64,000 nt of DNA from Azolla caroliniana (lineage: Eukaryota > Plantae > Polypodiophyta). The stretch lies in NCBI GenBank assembly GCA_043228905.1, contig JBHGNT010000010.1, forward strand, positions 372,001 through 436,000, read 5' to 3'. The notes beneath the pieces were generated by a model. It did not search any database, had not been told where the DNA came from, and worked only from the letters and a program-made list of their open reading frames with translations. The position numbers were made by a program, and so were the translations under genes. Every line of letters starts with the position of its first letter. The stretch's first letter is position 1. Positions 54,101 through 64,000 of this stretch are shown one piece after another.

Positions 54101-57100
54101 TTTTAATTCCATATCATAGATAGCGTTGTTAGCTTCGATTCGCATGTTTGAACACAAAAATCCGATATCACATGGGCCAGGTATGAACATTTTAATTTAC
54201 TCAGAGGCTCTTCTCAACTCCCTCTTCTAACTTGCCAATTTCTTCATGTCTCTAGAACTGAGTTTCAAAATCTTGATTTTTTTATTCTATATCATAGCTA
54301 GTGTTGTTAGCTTCGATTTGGCATCTTTGAACACAAAAATCCGGGATCACACGAGCCAGGTATGAACATTTTAATTTACTCACGCGCTCTTCTCAACTCC
54401 CTCTTCTAACTTGCCAATTTCTTCATGTCTCTCGACCTGAGTTTCAAAATCTCGATTTTTTAACTCCATATTATATGTAGCGTTGTTAGCTTCGATTCGC
54501 ATATTTGAATACTATAATCCGAGATCACATGGGCCAGGTATGAACATTTTAATTTACTCACGGGCTCTTCTCAACTTCCTCCTCAAATTTGGTAATTTGT
54601 TCATGTCTCTCGACCTGAGTTTCAAAATCTTGATTTTTTAATTCCATATCTGAGGTAGCGTTGTTAGCTTCGAATCGCAAGTTTGAACACAAAAATCCGA
54701 GATCACACAAGCCAGGTATGAACATTTTAAATTAGTCACGGGCTCTTCTCAACTTCTTCTTCTAACTTGCCAATTTCTTCATGTCTCTCGACCTGAGTTT
54801 CAAAATCTCGATTTTTTAATTCCATATTATATGTAGCGTTTTTAGCTTCGATTCGCATATTTGAACACTATAATCCGAGATCACATGGGCCAGGTATGAA
54901 CATTTTAATTTACTCACGGGCTCTTCTCAACTCCCTCCTCAAATTTGGTAATTTTTTCATGTCTCTCGCCCTGAGTTTCAAAATCTTGTTTTTTTAATTC
55001 CATATCATAGGTAGCGTTGTTAGCTTCGAATCGCATGTTTGAACACAAAAATCCGATATCACATGGGCCAGGTATGAACATTTTAATTTACTCACGGGCT
55101 CTTCACAACTCCCTCCTCAAATTTGGTAATTTTTCCATGTATCTCGACCTGAGTTTCAAAATCTTGATTTTTTAATTCCATATCTTAGGTAGCGTTGTTA
55201 GCTTCGAATCGCAAGTTTGAACACAAAAATCCGAGATCACACGAGCCAGGTATGAACATTTTAAATTATTCACGCGCTCTTCTCAACTCCTTCTTGTAAC
55301 TTGCTAATTTCTTCATGTCTCTCGACCTGAGTTTCAAAATCTTGATTTTTCAAATCCATATCATAGGTAGTGTTCTTAGCTTCGAATCGCATGTTTGAAC
55401 ACAAAAATCCGATATCACATGGGCCAGGTATGAACATTTTAATTTACTCACGGGCTCTTCTCAACTCCCTCTTCTAACTTGCCAATTTCTTCATGTCTCT
55501 CGACCTGAGTTTCAAAATCTTGATTTTTTAATTCCATATCATAGATAGCGTTGTTAGCTTCGAATAGCATGTTTGAACACAAAAATCCGATATCACATGG
55601 GCCAGGTATGAACATTTTAATTTACTCACAGGCTCTTCTCAACTCCCTCTTCTAACTTGCCAATTTCTTCATGTCTCTCGACCTGAGTTTCAAAATGTTG
55701 ATTTTTTAATTCTATATCATAGGTAGCGTTGTTAGCTTCGAATCGCATGTTTGAACACAAATATCCAATATCACACGAGCCAGGTATGAACATTTTAATT
55801 TACTCACGGTCTCCTTTCAACTCCCTCCTCAAATTTGGTAATTTCTTCATGGCTCTCGACCTGAGTTTCAAAATCTTGATTTTTTAATTCTATATCATAG
55901 GTAGCGTTGTTAGCTTCGTTTCGCATGTTTGACCACAGCAATTCGGGATCACACGAGCCAGGTATGTACATTTTAATTTACTCACGGGCTCTTCTCAACT
56001 CCCTCCTCAAATTTGGTAATTTTTCCATGTCTCTCGACCTGAGTTTCAAAATCTTGATTTTTTAATTCCATATCTTAGGTAGCATTGTTAGCTTCGAATC
56101 GCAAGTTTGAACACAAAAATCCGAGATCACACGAGCCAGGTATGAACATTTTAATTTACTCACGCGCTCTTCTCAACTCCTTCTTCTAACTTGCTAATGT
56201 CTTCATGTCTCTCGACCTGAGTTTCAAAATCTTGATATTTTAATTCCATATCATAGGTAGCGTTATTAGCTTCGATTCGCATGTTTGAACACAAAAATCC
56301 GATATCACATGGGCCAGGTATGAACATTTTAATTTACTCACGGGCTCTTCTCAACTCCCTCCTCAAATTTGGTAATTTCTTCATGTCTCTCGACCTGAGT
56401 TTCAAAATCTTGATTTTTTAATTCTATATCATAGATAGCGTTGTTAGCTTCAAATCGCATGTTTGAACACAAAAATCCGGGATCACACGAGCCAGGTATG
56501 AACATTTTAATTTACTCACGGGCTCTTCTCAACTCCCTCTTCTAACTTGCCAATTTCTTCATGTCTCTCGACCTGAGTTTCAAAATCTTGATTTTTTAAT
56601 TCCATATCATAGATAGCGTTGTTAGCTTCGAATCGCATCTTTGAACACAAAAATCTGGTATCACACGAGCCAGGTATGAAAATTTTAATTTACTCACGCG
56701 CTCTTCTCAACTCCCTCGTCAAATTTGGTAATTTCTTCATGTCTCTCGACCTGAGTTTCAAAATCTTGATTTTTTAATTCTATATCATAGTTAGTGTTGT
56801 TAGCTTCGATTCGCATATTTGAACACTATAATCCGAGATCACATGGGCCAGGTATGAACATTTTAATTTACTCACGGGCTCTTCTCAACTCCCTCCTCAA
56901 ATTTGGTAATTTTTTCATGTCTCTCGCCCTGAGTTTCAAAATCTTGATTTTTTAATTCCATATCTTAGGTAGCGTTGTTAGCTTCGAATCGCAAGTTTGA
57001 ACACAAAAATCCGAGATCACACGAGCCAGGTATGAACATTTTAAATTATTCACGTGCTCTTCTCAACTCCTTCTTGTAACTTGCTAATTTCTTCATGTCT

Positions 57101-58500
57101 CTCGACCTGAGTTTCAAAATCTTGATTTTTTAAATCCATATCATAGGTAGTGTTCTTAGCTTCGAATCGCATGTTTGAACACAAAAATCCGATATCACAT
57201 GGGCCAGGTATGAACATTTTAATTTACTCACGGGCTCTTCTCAACTCCCTCTTCTAACTTGCCAATTTCTTCATGTCTCTCGACCTGAGTTTCAAAATCT
57301 TGATTTTTTAATTCCATATCATAGATAGCGTTGTTAGCTTCGAATCGCATGTTTGAACACAAAAATCCGAGATCACACGAGCCAGGTATGAACATTTTAA
57401 ATTATTCACGCGCTCTTCTCAACTCCTTCTTGTAACTTGCTAATTTCTTCATGTCTCTCGACCTGAGTTTCAAAATCTTGATTTTTTAAATCCATATCAT
57501 AGGTAGTGTTCTTAGCTTCGACTCGCATGTTTGAACACAAAAATCCGATATCACATGGGCCAGGTATGAACATTTTAATTTACTCACGGGCTCTTCTCAA
57601 CTCCCTCTTCTAACTTGCCAATTTCTTCATGTCTCTCGACCTGAGCTTCAAAATCTTGATTTTTTAATTCCATATCATAGATAGCGTTGTTAGCTTTGAA
57701 TCGCCTGTTTGAACACAAAAATCCGATATCACATGGGCCAGGTATGAACATTTTAATTTACTCACAGGCTCTTCTCAACTCCCTCTTCTAACTTGCCAAT
57801 TTCTTCATGTCTCTCTACCTGAGTTTCAAAATGTTGATTTTTTAATTCCAGATCATAGGTAGTGTTGTTAGCTTCGATTCGCATCTTTGAACACAATAAT
57901 CTGGGATCACACGAGCTTACTCACGCGCTCTTCTCAACTCCCTCCTCAAATTTGGTAATTTCTTCATGTCTCTCGACCTGAGTTTCAAAATCTTGATTTT
58001 TTAATTCCATATCATAGGTAGCGTTGTTAGCTTCGAATCGCAGGTTTGAACACAAAAATCCGGGATCACACGAGCTAGGTATGAACATTTTAATTTACTC
58101 ACGGGCTCCTCTCAACTCCCTCCTCAAATTTGGTAATTTCTTCATGTCTCTCGACCTGAGTTTCCAAATCTTGATTTTTTAATTCCATATCTTAGGTAGC
58201 GTTGTTAGCTTCGAATCGCATGTTTGAACACAAAAATCCGGGATCACACGAGCCAGGTATGAACATTTTAATTTACTCACGGGCTCCTCTCAACTCCCTC
58301 CTCAAATTTGGTAATTTCTTCATGTCTCTCGACCTGAGTTTTAAAATCTTGATTTTTTAATTCCATATCATAGGTAGCATTGTTAGCTTCGATTCGCATC
58401 TTTGAACATAAAAATCTGGTATCACACGAGCCAGGTATGAAAATTTTAAATTAGTCACGGGCTCTTCTCAACTCCCTCCTCAAATTTGGTAATTTCTTCA
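48150..58500 (+). repeat. Imperfect tandem higher-order duplication, 29 monomers (about 5142 bp) x2
   Basis: gcgttttagc (about 48449/53590), tcacaactcc (49961/55103), tatgtacatt (50821/55963), agcttcaaaa (52501/57644) and the 19-bp deletion (52771/57914) recur at offset 5142-5143. Confidence 0.87.
52765..52785 (+). other. 19-bp deletion junction; second copy at about 57908-57928
   Basis: cacacgagc|ttactcacgc lacks caggtatgaacattttaat. Confidence 0.93.
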
Positions 58501-59532
58501 TGTCTGTCGCCCTGAGTTTCAAAATCTTGATTTTTTAATTCCATATCTTAGGTAGCGTTGTTAGCTTCGAATCGCAAGTTTGAACACAAAAATCCGAGAT
58601 CACACGAGCCAGGTATGAACATTTTAATTTACTCACGGGCTCTTCTCAACTCCCTCTTCTAACTTGCCAATTTCTTCATGTCTGTCGACCTGAGATTCAA
58701 AATCTTGATTTTTTAATTCCATATCATAGGTAGCGTTGTTAGCTTCGATTCGCATGTTTGAACACAGAAATCCGGGATCACACGAGCGAGGTATGAACAT
58801 TTTAATTTACTCACGGGCTCTTCTCAACTCCTTCTTCTAACTTGCCAATTTCTTCATGTCTCTCGATCTGAGTTTCAAAATCTTGATTTTTTAATTCCAT
58901 ATCTTAGGTAGCGTTGTTAGCTTCGAATCGCCAGTTTGAACACAAAAATCCGAGATCACACGAGCGAGGTATGAACATTTTAATTTACTCACGGGCTCTT
59001 CTCAACTCCCTCTTCTAACTCGCCAATTTCTTCATGTCTCTCGACCTGAGTTTCAAAATCTTGATTTTTTAATTCCATATCATAGGTAGCGTTGTTAGCT
59101 TCGAATCGCATGTTTGAACACAAAAATCCGATATCACATGGGCCAGCTATCAACATTTTAATTTACTCACGGGCTCTTCTCAACTCGCTCCTCAAATTTG
59201 GTAATTTCTTCATGTCTCTCGACTTGAGTTTCAAAATCTTGATTTTTTAATTCCATATCATAGGTAGCGTTGTTAGCTTCGTTTCGCATGTTTGAACACA
59301 GAAATCCGGGATCACACGAGCCAGGTATGAACATTTTAATTTATTCACGCGCTCTTCTCAACTCCCTCGTCAAATTTGGTAATTTCCTCATGTCTCTCGA
59401 CCTGAGTTTCAAAATATTGATTTTTTAATTCCATATCATAGGTAGCGTTGTTAGCTTCGATTCGGATCTTTGAACACAAAAATCCGGGATCACACGAGCC
59501 AGGTATGAACCTTTTAATTTACTCACGCGCTC

Positions 59533-59604
59533 TTCTCAACTCCCTCCTCAAATTTTGTAATTTCTTCATGTCTCTCGAGAACATTTTAATTTACTCATGG
59601 GCTC
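59533..59604 (+). repeat. 72-bp truncated monomer (106-bp deletion or 72-bp partial duplication)
   Basis: Junction tctctcga|gaacattttaat at 59578/59579. Successive monomer starts are at 59533 and 59605. Confidence 0.92.
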
Positions 59605-61099
59605 TTCTCAACTCCCTCCTCAAATTTGATAATTTCTTCATTTCTCTCGACCTGAGTTTCAAAATCTTGATTTTTTAATTCCATATCTTAGGTAGCGTTG
59701 TTAGCTTCGAATCGCAAGTTTGAACACAAAAATCCGAGATCACACGAGCCAGGTATGAACATTTTAAATTATTCACGCTCTCTTCTTAACTCCTTCTTGT
59801 AACTTGCTAATTTCTTCATGTCTCTCGACCTGAGTTTCAAAATCTTGATTTTTTAAATCCATATCATAGGTAGTGTTCTTAGCTTCGAATCGCATGTTTG
59901 AACACAAAAATCCGATATCACATGGGCCAGGTATGAACATTTTAATTTACTCACGGGCTCTTCTCAACTCCCTCTTCTAACTTGCCAATTTCTTCATGTC
60001 TCTCGACCTGAGTTTCAAAATCTTGATTTTTTAATTCCATATCATAGATAGCGTTGTTAGCTTCGAATCGCATGTTTGAACACAAAAATCCGAGATCACA
60101 CGAGCCAGGTATGAACATTTTAAATTATTCACGCGCTCTTCTCAACTCCTTCTTGTAACTTGCTAATTTCTTCATGTCTCTCGACCTGAGTTTCAAAATC
60201 TTGATTTTTTAAATCCATATCACAGGTAGTGTTCTTAGCTTCGAATCGCATGTTTGAACACAAAAATCCGATATCACATGGGCCAGGTATGAACATTTTA
60301 ATTTACTCACGGGCTCTTCTCAACTCCCTCTTCTAACTTGCCAATTTCTTCATGTCTCTCGACCTGAGTTTCAAAATCTTGATTTTTTAATTCCATATCA
60401 TAGATAGCGTTGTGAGCTTCGAATCGCAAGTTTGAACACAAAAATCCGAGATCACACGAGCCAGGTATGAACATTTTAATTTACTCACGGGCTCTTCTCA
60501 ACTCCCTCTTCTAACTCGCCAATTTCTTCATGTCTCTCGACCTGAGTTTCAAAATCTTGATTTTTTAATTCCATATCTTAGGTAGCGTTGTTAGCTTCGA
60601 ATCGCATGTTTGAACACAAAAATTCGATATCACATGGGCCAGCTATGAACATTTTAATTTACTCACGGGCTCTTCTCAACTCCCTCCTCAAATTTGGTAA
60701 TTTCTTCATGTCTCTCGACCTGAGTTTCAAAATCTTGATTTTTTAATTCCATATCTTAGGTAGCGTTGTTAGCTTCGAATCGCAAGTTTGAACACGAAAA
60801 TCCGAAATCCCACGAGCCAGGTATGAACATTTTAAATTTGTCACGGGCTCTTCTCAACTCCTTCTTCTCACTTGCCAATTTCTTCATGTCTCTCGACCTG
60901 AGTTTCAAAATCTTGATTTTTTAATTCCATATCTTAGGTAGCGTTGTGAGCTTCGAATCGCCAGTTTGAACACAAAAATCCGAGATCACACGAGCCAGGT
61001 ATGAACATTTTAATTTACTCACGGGCTCTTCTCAACTCCCTCTTCTAACTCGCCAATTTCTTCATGTCTCTCGACCTGAGTTTAAAAATCTTGATTTTT

Positions 61100-63754
61100 T
61101 AAATCCATATCATAGGTAGTGTTCTTAGCTTCGAATCGCATGTTTGAACACAAAAATCCGATATCACATGGGCCAGGTATGAACATTTTAATTTACTCAC
61201 GGGCTCTTCTCAACTCCCTCTTCTAACTTGCCAATTTCTTCATGTCTCTCGACCTGAGTTTCAAAATCTTGATTTTTTAATTCCATATCATAGATAGCGT
61301 TGTTAGCTTTGAATCGCATGTTTGAACACAAAAATCCGATATCACATGGGCCAGGTATGAACATTTTAATTTACTCACAGGCTCCTCTCAACTCCCTCTT
61401 CTAACTTGCCAATTTCTTCATGTCTCTCTACCTGAGTTTCAAAATGTTGATTTTTTAATTCCAGATCTTTGAACACAATAATCTGGTATCACACGAGCCA
61501 GGTATGAAAATTTTAATTTACTCACGCGCTCTTCTCAACTCCCTCGTCAAATTTGGTAATTTCTTCATGTCTCTCGACCTGAGTTTCAAAATGTTGATTT
61601 TTTAATTCTATATCATAGCTAGTGTTGTTAGGTTCGATTCGCATCTTTGAACACAAAAATCTGGTATCACACGAGCCAGGTATGAAAATTTTAAATTAGT
61701 CACGGGCTCTTCTCAACTCCCTCCTCAAATTTGGTAATTTCTTCATGTCTCTCGTCCTGAGTTTCAAAATCTTGATTTTTTAATTCCATATCTTAGGTAG
61801 CGTTGTTAGCTTCGAATCGCAAGTTTGAACACAAAAATCCGAGATCACACGAGCCAGGTATGAACATTTTAATTTACTCACGGGCTCTTCTCAACTCCCT
61901 CTTCTAACTTGCCACTTTCTTCATGTCTCTCGACCTGAGTTTCAAAATCTTGATTTTTTAATTCCATATCATAGATAGCGTTTTAGCTTCGATTCGCATG
62001 TTTGAACACAGAAATCCGGGATCACACGAGCCAGGTATGAACATTTTAATTTACTCACGGGCTCTTCTCAACTCCCTCCTCAAATTTGATAATTTCTTCA
62101 TTTCTCTCGACCTGAGTTTCAAAATCTTGATTTTTTAATTCCATATCTTAGGTAGCATTGTTAGCTTCGAATCGCATGTTTGAACACAGAAATCCGGGAT
62201 CACACGAGCCAGGTATGAACATTTTAAATTACTCACGGGCTCTTCTCAACTCCTTCTTGTAACTTGCTAATTTCTTCATGTCTCTCGACCTGAGTTTCAA
62301 AATCTTGATTTTTTAAATCCATATCATAGGTAGTGTTCTTAGCTTCGAATCGCATGTTTGAACACAAAAATCCGATATCACATGGGCCAGGTATGAACAT
62401 TTTAATTTAGTCACGGGCTCTTCTCAACTCCCTCTTCTAACTTGCCAATTTCTTCATGTCTCTCGACCTGAGTTTCAAAATCTTGATTTTTTAATTCCAT
62501 ATCATAGATAGCGTTGTTAGCTTCGATTCGCATGTTTGAACACAAAAATCCGATATCACATGGGCCAGGTATGAACATTTTAATTTACTCACAGGCTCTT
62601 CTCAACTCCCTCTTCTAACTTGCCAATTTCTTCATGTCTCTAGAACTGAGTTTCAAAATCTTGATTTTTTTATTCTATATCATAGCTAGTGTTGTTAGCT
62701 TCGATTTGGCATCTTTGAACACAAAAATCCGGGATCACACGAGCCAGGTATGAAAATTTTAATTTACTCACGCGCTCTTCTCAACTCCCTCTTCTAACTT
62801 GCCAATTTCTTCATGTCTCTCGACCTGAGTTTCAAAATCTCGATTTTTTAACTCCATATTATATGTAGCGTTGTTAGCTTCGATTCGCATATTTGAACAC
62901 TATAATCCGAGATCACATGGGCCAGGTATGAACATTTTAATTTACTCACGGGCTCTTCTCAACTCCCTCCTCAAATTTGGTAATTTGTTCATGTCTCTCG
63001 ACCTGAGTTTCAAAATCTTGATTTTTTAATTCCATATCTTAGGTAGCGTTGTTAGCTTCGAATCGCAAGTTTGAACACAAAAATCCGAGATCACACAAGC
63101 CAGGTATGAACATTTTAAATTAGTCACGGGCTCTTCTCAACTCCTTCTTCTAACTTGCCAATTTCTTCATGTCTCTCGACCTGAGTTTCAAAATCTCGAT
63201 TTTTTAATTCCATATTATATGTAGCGTTTTTAGCTTCGATTCGCATATTTGAACACTACAATCCGAGATCACATGGGCCAGGTATGAACATTTTAATTTA
63301 CTCACGGGCTCTTCTCAACTCCCTCCTCAAATTTGGTAATTTTTTCATGTCTCTCGCCCTGAGTTTCAAAATCTTGTTTTTTTAATTCCATATCATAGGT
63401 AGCGTTGTTAGCTTCGAATCGCATGTTTGAACACAAAAATCCGATATCACATGGGCCAGGTATGAACATTTTAATTTACTCACGGGCTCTTCACAACTCC
63501 CTCCTCAAATTTGGTAATTTTTCCATGTCTCTCGACCTGAGTTTCAAAATCTTGATTTTTTAATTCCATATCTTAGGTAGCGTTGTTAGCTTCGAATCGC
63601 AAGTTTGAACTCAAAAATCCGAGATCACACGAGCCAGGTATGAACATTTTAAATTATTCACGCGCTCTTCTCAACTCCTTCTTGTAACTTGCTAATTTCT
63701 TCATGTCTCTCGACCTGAGTTTCAAAATCTTGATTTTTCAAATCCATATCATAG
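61100..63754 (+). repeat. Copy of the block at about 47.6-50.2 kb, at offset 13530
   Basis: The ccagatctttg deletion (47931/61461), ggttcgattc (48101/61631), gatttggc (49173/62703), tcacaactcc (49961/63491) and tgatttttcaaatcc (50201/63731) all recur at offset 13530. Confidence 0.88.
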
Positions 63755-63953
63755 CCCGTGAGTAACTTAAAATGTTCATACCTGACCCATGTGATATCGG
63801 ACTTTTTTGTTCAAACATGCGATTCGAAGCTAAGAACACTACCTATGATATGGATTTAAAAAATCAAGATTTTGAAACTCAGGTCGAGAGACATGAAGAA
63901 ATTAGCAAGTTACAAGAAGGCGTTGAGAAGAGCGCGTGAATAATTTAAAATGT
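63753..63953 (-). repeat. Inverted satellite segment (201 bp, about 1.1 monomers) embedded in the forward array
   Basis: agcccgtgagtaacttaaaatgttcatacctg...gattttgaaactcaggtcgagagacatgaagaa...gcgcgtgaataatttaaaatgt is the reverse complement of the monomer. Forward orientation resumes at atgtctctcgacctgag (63950). Confidence 0.97.
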
Positions 63954-64000
63954 CTCTCGACCTGAGTTTCAAAATCTTGATTTTTTAATTCCATATCATA

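Larger units (their letters stand above)
1..64000 (+). repeat. Tandem satellite DNA array, 178-bp monomer, about 360 copies, head-to-tail (centromere- or heterochromatin-like)
   Basis: The motif gacctgag recurs at 222, 400 and 578 (period 178), and the period persists to the end of the window. Monomers differ only by substitutions and rare indels. No unique sequence is interspersed. A centromeric role is inferred from monomer size and homogeneity only. Confidence 0.98.

Noticed and set aside
59448-59678. 76-aa ORF (+)
   Set aside because: It is a product of the 72-bp truncated monomer; the peptide simply repeats the satellite translation.
1-64000. CRISPR array or other repeat-spacer system
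   Set aside because: There are no unique spacers: the whole 178 bp is repeated, variable parts are SNP alleles of one sequence, and no cas genes are present.
1-64000. Identity with Arabidopsis CEN178 or primate alpha satellite
   Set aside because: The length is similar, but I see none of the sequence I recall for these families (for example CEN178 aagcttcttcttgcttctc). An alignment would be needed to exclude remote homology.
1-64000. 5S rDNA, tRNA or snRNA tandem gene array
   Set aside because: I found no recognisable 5S, tRNA or snRNA sequence or internal promoter boxes in the monomer.

Overview
The whole 64 kb window is one head-to-tail tandem satellite array of about 360 copies of a 178-bp monomer. 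A representative monomer is ttctcaactccctcctcaaatttggtaatttcttcatgtctctcgacctgagtttcaaaatcttgattttttaattccatatcataggtagcgttgttagcttcgaatcgcatgtttgaacacaaaaatccgggatcacacgagccaggtatgaacattttaatttactcacgggctc (about 39% GC by hand count). This looks like eukaryotic centromeric or heterochromatic satellite DNA. I cannot assign it to a named family; the mutation pattern hints at a plant. I see no genes, RNA genes, transposons or CRISPR spacers, and the three supplied ORFs are artefacts of the repeat. The informative structure lies in the variants: nested, irregular higher-order duplications of 2, 3, 11, 13, 14 and 29 monomers plus longer-range copies; dimorphic multi-SNP motifs; a change in variant composition near 21.5 kb; several junctions with short microhomology; and one 201-bp inverted segment at 63753-63953 whose rare SNPs trace it to a relative of 51894-52093. 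All offsets were counted by hand, and duplicated-block boundaries are approximate (about one monomer).
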